Notes: a model not told the origin generated them from the letters alone. Shown: positions 40,831-54,397, counted from the stretch's first letter. The stretch: 64,000 bases of DNA from Octopus vulgaris (GCA_951406725.2 OX597816.1:154752001-154816000); one strand, 5' to 3'. Program-made: numbers and translations.

Positions 40831-41242
40831 TATAAATAAGCATAAGAAACCAAAACAATAAAAGAAACCAAAACCAAAAAACAATGGATAAAAGTGTCAC
40901 AAGAAGATAAACAATCACCATCTCTTGTATATGTCACAGTTCCACTTTAAAGAAAACCAGTGACATATCATATGCTGAACATCCTGTCAGTTTACAAACT
41001 TAATTTATTTTAGTTATATAGTATCACGACCACCGTCTTTACTCTTTGAAGCCATTAAGAGAAGGTATTGAATTAGGAAATTGACTTGCTTCCAGACCAG
41101 ACATACATATATGCATAAACGTACATTTATTTAATACTATCCTTTCAGGGTCGAGAAAATAAGTACCATTTGAGCACTGGGGGTCGATCTAATCGACACA
41201 GTCACTTCTTCGATATTTCTGGCCTTGTATCAGTTTGAAACA

Positions 41243-41331
<89 letters not shown>

Positions 41332-41336
41332 GTCTA

Positions 41337-41390
<54 letters not shown>

Positions 41391-41479
41391 AACCTCGGAT
41401 GTTCAGACTAAATCTGACAGTTATATAAAAGAAAAAGAAAACAAAACATCCCATCTACAAATAAAAGCATTCTAAAAGT

Positions 41480-42120
41480 TTCAAAATATTTCAACTAGAT
41501 TTTGGCTGGCAGATAATAGTTTACTGAAAGTAACCGCCCTTAGCTTTTACCGCGGCTTCAAAATGACTCCGAAACTTGGCGCATGCGTTCCTCATTGTGT
41601 CCCTGGAAAGATTTAACCCCTTCTTGACTTGGGTCACCAGTTCGGCTTTGGTCTTGCAAGCAGAGCAGTTGGTGTCTTTCGCAATCATGCTCCACACGTA
41701 ATAATCCATGGGACTACAATCGGAAAAATCAATAGGCCACAAATTGGGGCTGATGAAGCCATGGAAATTCTCAATCACTTCTGATTCTCTCCGGAGAAAA
41801 TTAGAAGAGAATAACAAGTATGCTGTTTCACACCGAGTATCAAAATGCCGACATTATGACTGCCGTTCGATTTTCGGCGAGCACTATAAACGCTGTAAGA
41901 CGTGACAAGGACGTCATGAAAGCAGTTTTTCCAAAATTGTGATGGTCTTTGCGTATGTATCCAATGAGGGTGATGTCATGCCGCTCCACATCTTTGAACA
42001 GGGGCTTAGGCTCAATTCAAACGGCCATATAGAGTTACTGGAGACAGTGGTCCATCTACAGTTGGAAATGGTCGCTGCTGGAAGACTATATGTATAGCAG
42101 TAGGATTCGGCTCTTTGCCA
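41480..42120. mobile_element. Tc1/mariner-superfamily transposase remnants in opposite orientations
   Basis: Minus strand: WPIDFSDCSPMDYYVWS..KGGYF; plus strand: VMVFAYVSNEGDVMPLHIFEQGLRLN..DSALCH. Confidence 0.7.
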
Positions 42121-42535
42121 CAGATAGAAAAATTAAGGCAATAGGCCAGATATAGTTGTCACAGATCAGCAAGAAAAATGCTTTCTAATCGATATATTAA
42201 TACCAACTGATAATAATGTTTCTCTAAAATAAACGGAGACACTTTCAAAATACAAAGACCTGGAAATAGAGGTAACACGAGTGTGGAGTCTAGAAACAGA
42301 AACAATTCATATCATAGTAGACGAATTAGGTATAAAAATCATTCAGACAAATACCTAACAAAAACACCAGGACTAACAAGTATATGTAACATACAGAAAA
42401 TAACACTACTAGGCACAGCACACATCTTACATAAACAATTTCAATACAGTAAAAATACACAACAAACCACAGCACATACCCAAAGCACACAGAGCTGCGC
42501 TCGGTAGTGCAGTGAAAGCATGTGATGCAAAGAAG
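42121..42535 (+). mobile_element. 3' fragment of the R4/Dong-type LINE
   Basis: Diverged copy of about 45265-45700; followed by (CTA)n. Confidence 0.85.
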
Positions 42536-42602
<67 letters not shown>

Positions 42603-42749
42603 ATACTGCTACTCCTACTCCCCCACCTCCTCCTCCGTCTCCTCCTCCTCCTCCTCCTCCTCCTCCTCCTCCTCCTCCTCCTCCTCCGTCTCCTCCTCCT
42701 CCTCCTCCTCCGTCTCCTCCTCCTCCTCCTCCTCCTCCTCCTCCTCCTC

Positions 42750-42800
<51 letters not shown>

Positions 42801-42815
42801 ATAATAATAATAATA
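42536..42815. repeat. Compound trinucleotide microsatellite (CTA/CTG/CCT/TAA)
   Basis: Direct inspection. Confidence 0.95.
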
Positions 42816-43180
42816 AGAGCACTCCGAGAGCGCAAACCTCCGACGTGTTTTCAACGATTAGCCGGAGATGATTTTTAAACTAAGAATATCTGAAATAAAT
42901 TCGACTGCTCTCACAAACGAGAATACTAAAAATTAACCCGCCCGCTCTCAAAAATTAAGTAACCCCCCCCCCAAAAAAAACCCGGAAAAATAATCCAGAG
43001 TCCTTGTCCGGTACCCAAACGATTCCAAAATCTAATCAGTTCGTGCCAGTCAAGAGGCCAAAAATCCTGAAAGTTTCATTCGAATCAACCCAGCGGTTCT
43101 CGAGATATCTTCTCAACGGACAAACAAACAAGCAAACGCGACTGAAAACAATACCGCCGCCTTCGCTAAGGCGGAGGTAA
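42816..43180 (-). mobile_element. HINE/DINE-1-like non-autonomous Helentron
   Basis: Minus strand acctccgcc..ggcggcggt subterminal inverted repeat, (gttt)n, then ggaggt and a terminal hairpin gcgctctcggagtgc; T-rich target. Confidence 0.65.
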
Positions 43181-43203
43181 TAATAATAATAATAATAATA
43201 ATG

Positions 43204-43250
<47 letters not shown>

Positions 43251-45711
43251 GTATCAAAATAACAAACTCGGCATCTGAACAACTTTGGACCCCCATAACA
43301 ACTGAAGAGGTCACCCAGGCACTGCAAAAACTAAGCAACTGGAAGGCACCTGGGCATGACAAGATCCCCAACTTCTGGTTGAAATATCTAACAGGAATGC
43401 ACAAAAAGCTGGCTGAAAACTTTAACAGCATACTAGCAGAGCCAGAGACAATGCCTGAATGGCTCACGAAGGGGAAAACTATCTTAATTCCCAAATCAAA
43501 TGAAACAGCAAAACCAGAAAACTACAGACCAATAACCTGCCTCCCTACTATGTTCAAGGCATTTACTGCAGTGATATCGCAAAGGCTGAACAAGCACCTG
43601 GACGAAAACAAACTGTTCCCAGAAGAGCAGAAAGGATGCCGCAAAGGCTCATATGGCTGTAAAGATCAACTAATGATTAATAAAGCCATAACTGAAAACA
43701 GCCACAGAAAGAAGAAAGGCCTCAGTATGGCCTGGATTGACTACAAAAAGGCGTTTGATAGCATCCCCCACACATGGATCCTCGAAACACTAGCCATTAA
43801 CAAAGTAGCACCAACAATCATAAAATTCATAGAGCACTCTATGAATAAATAGCAAACAGTCCTACACCTCCAAACAAAAGAGGGACTCATGAAAACCAAA
43901 GACATCCCCATTAGAAGAGGAATATTCCAGGGAGACACGCTCTCTCCACTCCTTTTCTGCTTGGCACTGTCACCTCTATCTGATATGCTAAATAGAACTG
44001 GATGCGGATATAAATGTTACGGCAAAACGATCAGCCACCTTTTATATATGGATGACCTAAAACTATACGCTGCAAATGACAAACAGCTGGAAACACTATT
44101 AAAGACAGTTCATGGATTTACCAAAGAAATAGATATGAAATTTGGATTAGAAAAATGCGCCAAAGTAACCATGAAAAGAGGAAAACTAGTTAAGAGTAAC
44201 AACATCACACTAGATAAAACCAATGAAATAAAAGAATTAGACCAAAGCCAAACTTACAAATACTTAGGAATCCATGAACTAAATAAGACACAACACACAC
44301 AAATGAAAGAGAAAATAAAAAAAGAATATTATAGACGAGTTAGATCAATACTAAAAACAGAGCTCAATGCTAAAAACAAGATAATAGGTATCAACACTTT
44401 AGCTGTCCCAGTTATAAGTTACAGCTACAATATCCTTAACTGGACACGAAATGAACTGTCCAAAATAGATAGGAAAACAAGAAAAATACTGACAGGATCT
44501 AGGATGCATCACCCAAAATCTGATATAGAAAGACTATATATACAACGTATAGAAGGTGGTAGAGGCCTTATACAGCTGGAAAACTACTATAAAATAACCA
44601 CCATAGGACTGCAAAAATACCTACTTCAGAAGGAAGGAAAACTGATCCAGATAGCAGCAAAACACGAGCAAAACAAAAAACTGTTCTCAGTATTTAAGGA
44701 AGCTGACAAATACAAACAAGAAATCATACCACCTAATAAACACGAAGAAGAAGAAGAAGATGACGAAGAAACAACAAAAGCTATAAAACAAATGAAATCC
44801 AAACTAAAAATAGAACAGCAACGAACCATGATAAAACGATGGCAAGAAAAGCCCCTTCATGGTAAATACTGGACTAAACTAAACGCAAAAGAAATAGACA
44901 AAGAAAAATCCCAGCAATGGTTGAGAAGCTCAGGACTCAAAGCAGAAACAAAGAGATTTTTAATTGCAGCACAAGACCAAAGCCTCCCCACCAGAAATTA
45001 CCAAAAACATGTAATGAAAAAAATATTACAAGTAACTGCAGAATATGTGGAGATGGACAAGAAACAATAAATCATATTATCTCTAGCTGCCCAGTCCTGG
45101 CTAAGAAGGAATATATTCACAGACATGACAGAGTTGGAACCTACATACATTGGAAGCTATGCCAACATTATGGAATAACAACAGCAAAAAGATGGTATAG
45201 GCACACACCAGAAAAGGTCACAGAAAACGAGAAAGCAACCATACTCTGGGATATGCCGATACACACAGATAGAGAAATTAAGGCCAACACACCAGATATA
45301 GTTGTCAGAGATCATGAAGAAAAAAATGCTTTCTAATTGATGTATCAATACCGGCAGATGACAACGTGTCTCTAAAAGAAATGGAGAAACTCTCAAAATA
45401 CAAAGACCTGGAAATAGAGGTAACTAGAATGTGGAATCTGAAAACAGAAACAATTCCTATCATAATAGGTGCATTAGGCATGATAAAAAAATATTCAGAC
45501 AAATACATAACAAAAACACCAGGACTTACAAACACATATAACATACAGAAAATTGCACTACTAGGCACTGCACACATCCTACGCAGAACACTTTCCATAC
45601 AATAACCATCAGAGCATCACAACAAATCACAGCACTCTGTGCCAGATTCCAAGGCACACAGAGCTGCGCTCGGTAGTGAAGTGAAAGCACGCTATAAAAA
45701 TAAAACTACTG
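43251..45711 (+). mobile_element. 5'-truncated R4/Dong-type LINE (RT, CCHC finger, restriction-like endonuclease) in (TAA)n
   Basis: NYRPITCL, WIDYKKAFDSIPH, GIFQGDTLSP, LYMDDLKL, CRICG..ETINHIISSC, PDIVV and KLSKYKDL; one stop and two frameshifts; (TAA)n on both sides. Confidence 0.92.
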
Positions 45712-45729
45712 AATAATAATAATAATAAT

Positions 45730-45802
<73 letters not shown>

Positions 45803-46675
45803 TATAAGTGATTTTAAATTCTCAAACGCAGGATAATGCTAATGATATAGCCTGAACAAGATAAGCTACCCCTATTTTGCAGAAAAAGTGTTGGCAGCCG
45901 TTTCATAGCCGGCCGACTCATCGTTGAGGTTGACTTTGCCTTTCATCCCCTCGGGGTAGCTAAAATAAGTACCGGCTGAGCACTGGGATCGATGTTATCG
46001 ACTTACACGCTACCCTGTAAATGCAGGCTTTGTGCCAAAATTTGAAACCAATGTCTATTGTTGTTATTATTGTTCTTCTTGCTGCAGAAATTGTTCTTGT
46101 TATTGCTGTTGTTGTTTAACCCGAAGATAGGCCAGAGGTGTCTCTATCGTTCCGTCCCGTCCCCTTTCCCCAGTGCGACGCTGACACACCGTATTTTCCT
46201 AATGCATCCCTGGTATCTAATTTCGCGGAGATTTGGCTACTATTTGATTGGATCATATATATTTTATTGAATTCTACGCATTTCAGCGAATTCTGAATGC
46301 TGAAAGGCAAAGCGAGAATTGAAATGAGAACGTAAATAGCCGAAACCAAGTGTCATACTCAGATACATACAAACGCACGGGCACATTTATATTAATCCGC
46401 TTAATATCCCTTATGATATATTAAAATATTTATACATACTTTGTTCACTGCATGGGTATCAGCAGTTTATTCCTCCTTTGTATAAATACCCAAATGAAAA
46501 TTGCTTTGAAATGACTATTTGGCAGCGTGCTAAAGTATGTTCGGCAGCGCGCTAAATTTGACTTCATACCAATAAATGTTAGGTAACAGAGACTGCCCAG
46601 CCACGACAAACTCCTCATCAATAAATGAACGTGATTTATATGAAACTTACGAATCCTTTGATATGAAGCACATTA

Positions 46676-46762
46676 ATACTAGTACGTAAGTATTCCCAAT
46701 ACTTACGTACTAATATAATTTTGTACGCATGGCACAAACAAACACGTTGAAAGATATATACT

Positions 46763-46839
<77 letters not shown>

Positions 46840-46902
46840 GTATGTATATATATATATGTATGTATATATATATATGTATGTATATATATATATGTATGTA
46901 TA

Positions 46903-46934
<32 letters not shown>

Positions 46935-46990
46935 CTTCCAACATGTATGTGCCATGCGTACAAAATTATATTAGTACGTAAGTACTCAGG
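46676..46990. repeat. Inverted repeat around a (TA)/(TATG) tract, with an extra terminal hairpin
   Basis: tacttacgtactaatataattttgtacgcatggcaca pairs with tgtgccatgcgtacaaaattatattagtacgtaagta. Confidence 0.8.
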
Positions 46991-47298
46991 ATACTTTTTT
47001 TATCTATAATGTAAGATAATTTGTCGGAAATTACATAAATGTATGTGTGTGTGTGTGTGTATGTGTGCGCGTGTGTGCAGGAGTGCGAGAGAGTTGGGGA
47101 AAGATACTGTGAATGCCACATAGAAAAAGTAAAATAAAGACACCATGCAAAACTTCTTGGTGGTGACCATTTGCTTTGCCAATGGTACTTGAAGATAAAG
47201 ACATTATTCTAAATGCACACAGACGCACATGAACACACAAGCACATACATATATATATACGTATGCATACATGTATATTAATAGATTTATAATTATAC

Positions 47299-47361
<63 letters not shown>

Positions 47362-47759
47362 TGTGTGTGTGTGCGTGTGTGCGTGTGTATACATATGTAT
47401 GTATGTGTGTGTATTTATGATTGCATGTATGTATATGTGTTGTTTGGATAAGTGTGTATTCTATATTATTCAACCATCTATCGATATATAGATCTATTTA
47501 TAGTGCGTTTTCCTTCTACAACATAATTTCCCACTGACAATTTGAGTCCCAATTTTTCCAGTCGAGATGCATTTCTCTTGTCTAATTCGCATCGGTGCGC
47601 ACACCCATGTGCACTCCCCCCCCACACACATGCACGCACGGATATTTATATATTTTATGATATATTCTCTCATATTCTACATAAAAAATTGTGCTCAATA
47701 CTCACGTTGTAATATATGTATTATATATTATATAAACATGCTATAATGAATATAAGTGT

Positions 47760-48015
47760 GTGTGTTTGTGTACATTCGATGCTTTCTACCAAGGAATCTA
47801 ATGCTCTTAGCTTAGTTTTTCCTTGGGGCTGGCCAGATTGGAGCAATCTCAAGATTTATCAGCCGAAATTGCGAGGATGATCTGGTTTTTGACCGAGGAT
47901 AGAAAGCTTCGAATGACCCGTCCTTGTTTTTTTGTATCTTCTATCTGGATGTTTTGTTGTCCCTTTTTGTATCACCTAGTTGTCCGGATGTTTTGCGTTC
48001 TTGTCCCATTTTGTA

Positions 48016-48020
<5 letters not shown>
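47760..48020 (+). mobile_element. Family A copy 3, with rearranged-HHR module at 47773-47915 (core CCGAGGA)
   Basis: Homologous to 734-945; closing helix gctttcta/tagaaagc. Confidence 0.7.
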
Positions 48021-48059
<39 letters not shown>

Positions 48060-48064
<5 letters not shown>

Positions 48065-48860
48065 ACAAGATAAGGGCAAAAGAAAAATTCTAATGCCAAA
48101 TATGCCGAAACAAAAATTGTCAATAACCATTATAATTTATGTGTCCCGAAACAAACCGATAGAAATTTCTAAAAAATTCGTTATTACCGTATTGGTCCAA
48201 TTTCAGAGTTAATTCATAAGAATTTTCTCCTCTTCAGCGGCAAATACGCGAGATATAAGTGAAATACTCACTCGTACCCATGGAAAAAGCAAGCACTAAG
48301 TCCTGAGCAGACCTAAGTACCCCAAGTATATCCAAAATAGAAAATCTTCGGTACATCTCGAGACACGTGTGATTCGAACTAGAAACTTTCACAGAATGAG
48401 AGAATCCGGAAGTGAACACTATTCAATTTATAATTCTGTGAAAGTTTCTAGTTCGAATCACACGTGTTTCGAGATGTGCCGAAGATTTTCTATTTTGGAT
48501 ATATTTGGGGTACTTAGGTCTGCTCAGGACTTAGTGCTTGCTTTTTCCATGGGTACGAGTAAGTATTTCTCTTATATCTCGCGTATTTGCCGCTGAAGAG
48601 GAGAAAATTCTTATGAATTAACTCTGAAATTGGACCAATACGGTAATAACGAATTTTTTAGAAATTTCTGTCGGTTTGTTTCGGGACACATAAATTATAA
48701 TGGTTATTGACAATTTTTGTTTCGGCATATTTGGCATTAGAATTTTTCTTTTGCCCTTATCGTGTAAATTATTTATAAATTTAACCTTTAAAGGTATTTT
48801 TTGATATGCTGGCCATTGATGAAATTTTTTTCCCGAAAAAATTTTATCCTACATTATATA
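48060..48860. mobile_element. Near-perfect ~335-bp fold-back element with a type I HHR in each arm and a ~90-bp tail
   Basis: 48060-48395 is inverted to 48432-48772; HHRs at 48185-48242 (-) and 48588-48645 (+): tgccg-CTGAAGA-ggag..ctct-GAAA-ttgg-a-ccaa-TA-cggta. Confidence 0.85.
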
Positions 48861-49353
48861 TATATATATATGATGATGCAAGGAAAATAGGGACGAAAAA
48901 CATCCAATCTTTCAATGGCTACACAGTTAAACACCCAATTTTGCAGAGAGAAAAAACTTTACTTTATGGGTATATATCTAATTATAAAAATGACTAGAAA
49001 ATGGAGATGTATAGCAATTGGCAATTCAAAAATTAAAATTTTAAATTTATGAGCATAATAGTATATTATATTATATTCTTATAATAATATAATAAAATAA
49101 TCACGTGCAAGTATTTCAATTCTTTTAAATATAGTATTTTAAATAGATTATTTTGCTATTTACCAATACATAAATAGCGTAATTGTTATAAAAAACATAT
49201 TTTTATATGAAAGAATGAAAGGGATACTTCTTATTTAGCCACGGCCTTTTTATAATGGTTTTTTGTTTAGAAATTTTTGTTCCTGATATATATAAAACTA
49301 ATACGCTAAGATATATATTGATTAGAATACTTTGCTGATAAAAGGAAGTGCAT

Positions 49354-49862
49354 AATTTACTGACAGAAGTAACTTCAAAATTTCACTTAAATCCGTACAC
49401 TTAATTAATTTCTCTAAAAATTTCTTATCTACTTTTGCAACGGTTTTGTGCTTTTCTGTTCTTAACGACTATTTTTTGGTTCCTTCGATACTGGTTCTTT
49501 GGTTCACTGACAAATTTCGCTTCAATCCGTACATTTCCTTATTTTCTGTTAAAATTTCTTATCTATTTTCTGTCCATCGTATTAAGAAATATAATTTCCG
49601 TTACCCAATTATTTTCATTGATTACTATCTTCTGCGCCCGTGTATTTCTGTATACGTGTATAACCATACCTCCTTGAAGTAAAATGTCAAATTTGTCTAC
49701 AATATCGAGGTCATTATGCAGATGACAGCAGTTCATTATGCAAATGACACTAGTGTTTCCAATGGAGCAATTTACTGACAGAAGTAACTTCAAATTTCAC
49801 TATAATCCGTACACTTAATTAATTTCCCTAAAAATTTCTTATTTACTTCTACAACAGTTTTG
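49354..49862. repeat. ~90-bp direct repeats about 415 bp apart
   Basis: aatttactgacagaagtaacttcaaa..tacacttaattaatttc at about 49355 and 49769. Confidence 0.75.
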
Positions 49863-50419
49863 GAACTGAGTGCACACACTGTAAAGCAAGGAAGCATCCT
49901 GAAGAGACACCTGCATTATGTTGCAGTGGCCGAAAGGTTAATCTCCCTGCAATCCCCCAACCTCCAGAACCATTGAATAAACTGTTGTCATCAACTGACC
50001 CAGATTCCAAGCACTTCTAAAACAAAATTAGGCAATACAACGCTGCACTACAGATGACATCATTTGGGGCCACAAGAGCCAGGATTCCTGCAAACTTTCA
50101 AGATCCAAGGTAAGATTTATCATCGGATTAGTTCTCTACTATCTCTATCAAATGAATTACAAAAATCGGCCTTTCATTGTTTATTTGTACCTCATTTTTG
50201 GTTACGAAATAAGCTAGATAAAACGTGCTTTTGAATTACGTGTATTTACTTTATATACATATATGAGTTGAAAAGTTTTTTTTAACATTTCACTTAACGT
50301 CTATGTACCATGCTGGTATGGGTTGGAGAATTATTAAAGTAGGAACTCGGTATCTAAACTACTAGTAGCTGAGACCTGCGCAATTTAGACGGCGTTTTTA
50401 AATGTCATTTTTCTCTTTA

Positions 50420-50449
50420 ACCCGGGCAACGCCAGGTATTTCTGCTAGT
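50420..50449 (+). mobile_element. Helitron-like 3' terminus (5' end not located)
   Basis: cccgggcaacgccagg..ctgCTAGt, matching the terminus of 981-1480. Confidence 0.55.
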
Positions 50450-50973
50450 ATTTTAATATATCAGAAAAATACATTTAACGGATTAGAGATCAATATAAAT
50501 AAGATATGCCTGTGTATAGGTGTGTATCTGAGTGTGGCATTTAGCTACGGCTATTTGCGTTCTCAGTTCAAATCTGGCTTTGCATTTCAACATTCAGTAT
50601 TCGTTGAAATCAGTAAAATTCAAAAAGGTATATAATATAATCCAATCAAAGAACTTTCCGCATAGGTGCTCCACCTACTGAATATAATAGCAAAATCCAG
50701 GAACACATTAGGAAAATGTGACACTGTTGGCACTGCACCAGGAAAAAAAAGACGGTATGGAAGCGGGAGCGGGACCGTTAGTGATAGATTGCTTCTCACA
50801 GATTAATCGTGGAGTTAAACAACATCAGAAATAACAACAGCAGCAGCAGCAACAGCAGCAGCAGCAGTAGCAATAACGGAGGCAACAATGAGTATTGAGG
50901 TCGACGTATCGACTATTCATCTACCCCTCAGTCCTTTGACTGAGACAAACAAAATAATACGCACGGACCATAC

Positions 50974-51040
<67 letters not shown>

Positions 51041-51042
<2 letters not shown>

Positions 51043-51510
51043 GAGCAAAACGTCCCCCGTCCAGTGAACGGTGCTAAGTTGTCAAATATTTAAACCAAAT
51101 TTTCTCAAAACAACTTGTCCGACCATCCCATAGGCCTCCCCTTTGAGTAACACTGATTTAACCTAAATTTGAGACAACAGCAAAAGAAGAAATAAAGATA
51201 TACTTTTTTTCTATTCCAAAGAAAAATGATTTTATTCATACAAATATGCAACCGAAGAGTTTAAAGTACCAGTAATGATAAGGCTGTTGACTAGGAATAC
51301 ATCGCAACAGCTGATGTACTTGCGCGTACAAATTCACGTTCCCACGGCTTTATCGATCGCATTCTCACCTGGAATCGATTTTTGTAATTTTTTCAAGACT
51401 TATACACGCCCTGATACTGTCCGTATCTACATATCAAATTTGAGCGCAGTCGGATGGAGGATGCCCGAGATCCTAGAAGACACACACACACACAGAGACA
51501 GACAGAACGG

Positions 51511-51516
<6 letters not shown>
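51041..51516 (-). mobile_element. Non-autonomous Helitron-like element in (TA)n
   Basis: Minus-strand 5' TATAAAATCC..tgtctgt; subterminal hairpin ccgt..acgg and a CTCGT end. Confidence 0.5.
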
Positions 51517-51572
<56 letters not shown>

Positions 51573-51578
51573 AATAAT

Positions 51579-52530
51579 AGGCGCAGGCGTGGCTGTGTGG
51601 TAAGAAGCTTGCTTCCAAACCACATGGTTCCAGGCTTAGTACTTCTGCATGACATCTGCTAAAGGTGGTCTTCTACTATAGCCTCGGGGCGACGAACGCC
51701 TTATGAGACCTGGTAGACGGAAACTGAAAGAAACCCGTCCTTTATGTATATAAATGTATGTGTGTGTATATGTGTGTGTGTGCTCTTATCAGTGATTCTC
51801 TCTCCAATGCCCAGTCTCTTTTACAATCTCTTGAACAAGCCTCAAATTGTGTAGGTCTTTACCTCAATGAGGCCAAAACTGAATACATAAACAAGTGCCT
51901 GTCCAACAGTGATTGCATCATCCATACTCTCAACAGTGCGCCTTTAAATATGGTTTCTGATTATAAATATCTTGGGTCATACATATCATCATCTGGAAAA
52001 GACTTTCTAACTAGAAAGGGTATGGCCTGGTCAGCCTGTAATGACATGCATAAGATCTGGTCATCAAATCTAAGTAGAGATTTCAAACTTGAAATATTCA
52101 AAGCCAGAGTTGAACCAATTCTACTATATGGCTCAGAAACCTGGACGTTATCAAAGAAGCTTGAGAGGCGGTTGAATGGAACCTACACTCGCCTCCTTAT
52201 GAGAGCTCAAAACCTCTCGTGGAAGCGCCATCCAACCAAAATGCAAATATATGGGAAACTACCACCTGTGTCATCTCTTGTGAAAGGTAGGAGAGTCCAG
52301 TTTGCTGGACATTGTTGTAGAGCTGAAAAAGAAGTAATTTCTACTCTTCTCCTCTGGAAGCCATCTACTCGCAATACCAGAGGGCGCACACTCTCCTACC
52401 CTGATGTAATCTCCAGGGATACAGGCATCCAGCAACAGGACCTCCGTAATGCTATGATGGACCGTGAAGTCTGGCGTAACATAGTAAATTCCATTGTCTC
52501 GACCACGGTCGAACAATGATGATGATGATG

Positions 52531-52561
<31 letters not shown>

Positions 52562-52783
52562 TTGTATCTATGTTTGTCCGCCACCACAGCTTGACAACCG
52601 GTGTTGGTGTGTTGAAGTCCTCGTAACTTAGAGGTTCAGCAACAGAGACGGATAGAATAAGTACCAAAGTATTATAAAACAAATAGAAGTAACTGGGGGT
52701 GGGGTGGGGTCGATCCATTCGACTAAAATCCTTCAAGGCGTTGCCCCAGCATGGTTGCATGACTAAAACAAGTAAAAGTATAA

Positions 52784-52785
<2 letters not shown>
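51579..52785 (+). mobile_element. SINE family 2 split by an RTE-type LINE insertion
   Basis: 5' half at 51579-51745 and 3' half at 52530-52785. Confidence 0.8.
51780..52530 (+). mobile_element. 5'-truncated RTE-type LINE 3' end (open RT C-terminus, (GAT)n tail)
   Basis: GLYLNEAKTEYI, YKYLGSYI, LLYGSETWTL, RVQFAGHC and MMDREVWR; gatgatgatg tail. Confidence 0.85.
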
Positions 52786-52842
<57 letters not shown>

Positions 52843-52843
<1 letters not shown>

Positions 52844-52949
52844 TGTAGTTACATGAGCATATCGAGTAAAAACACTGTTGTATTTTATACGATATGCACA
52901 TGTAACTACACACACACACACACACACACACATACTCATTCACGCACAA

Positions 52950-52989
<40 letters not shown>

Positions 52990-53098
52990 TTGTGCGTGAA
53001 TGAGTATGTGTGTGTGTGTGTGTGCGTGTGTGTAGTTACATGTGCATATCGTATAAAATACAACAGTGTTTTTACTCGATATGCTCATGTAACTACAA
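52843..53098. repeat. Near-perfect ~255-bp palindrome centred on (TA)n
   Basis: ttgtagttacatgagcatatcgagtaaaaac... mirrored almost exactly. Confidence 0.9.
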
Positions 53099-53130
53099 CT
53101 ACAACAATAACAGCAGCAACAACAACAACA

Positions 53131-53178
<48 letters not shown>

Positions 53179-53185
53179 GATGCTG

Positions 53186-53257
<72 letters not shown>

Positions 53258-53602
53258 TATGTTTGAGTCAAAATGGTTGTCTTGTATTATAGTGTTTTCA
53301 TATTTAGATATCAATAATGTTGACATCCTGCGTAAGACACACACCCACGCGCGCGCACACACACACACACATACATATTCCTATATATACATATACAAAC
53401 AATCACTTAGTATGCGGATAGAAACGCTCGCTCTCTTCAGAGAATTTACGTAGTAGAGGCAGAGAGCACTCTAAATAAATCTATATATCGAACGATCAGT
53501 GGATAATATATGATACATTGACACACACACACACACAACACCCACATGTATTCATAATACATTACTCATTATTTTACAACAGTACATATATATATATATA
53601 TA

Positions 53603-53797
53603 TATTATATAAAAGGGCTTAGTAAAATAAATTACTTTGCCGCATACTGAACTCATTAGTATGCGGCAAAGTAATTTATTTTACTAAGCCATTTTATATA
53701 ATGTAATAATTTGAATTCGCCTTAAATGGTCCCTTTGCATATTGAACACTTGGTGAAATTGATTAATAATTAATTAATTTTACCCTCAATTGTTGAA

Positions 53798-53800
<3 letters not shown>
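53603..53800. repeat. (TA)n-flanked ~45-bp-arm hairpin with a 3' tail
   Basis: ggcttagtaaaataaattactttgccgcatact pairs with agtatgcggcaaagtaatttattttactaagcc. Confidence 0.75.
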
Positions 53801-53829
<29 letters not shown>

Positions 53830-53985
53830 GTAGGTTCCGGGTTGAGTCGGGGTTAACCACAGTTAATAAGGTACTCAATACATAGCAGAGTAAATTAATT
53901 TATTTTATAGACTAGAACTGTTTCATTCAGATTTGAATGAAACAGTTCTAGTCCTGTAGAAGCTCCTTCTATAAAATAAATATAT
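53830..53985. repeat. (TA)n-flanked short hairpin element
   Basis: actagaactgtttcattca-gatt-tgaatgaaacagttctagt, extended by ttattttatag/ctataaaataa. Confidence 0.7.
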
Positions 53986-54397
53986 ATTTATATATATATA
54001 TATAGACGGTGGGGGATACTTTAAAGTTCTTGGCTTTATGTAAAAGAAAATACAGGAGGATTAGTTATATATGATTTTATTCAATATGTTCCCCTATCAG
54101 ATTCACAAATTTATTGCAAATCGGAAAGTTGGACCTCCAACCAGGCCCTTTGCGACATCCTTAAAGCCAGGGATTTTCAGCTACCCTTCGTGTATATTTT
54201 TTTGTTCTTTTACTTGTTTCAGTCATTTGACTGCAGCCATGCTGGAACATCGCCTTATGTCGAACAGATCGACCCCAGGACTTATTCTTTGCAAGCCTAG
54301 TACTTATTCTGTCGGTTCCTTTTGCCGAATCGCTAAGTTACGGGGACGTAAACACATCAACATGGTGGAGGGGCAAACACAAACGCACACACGCACG

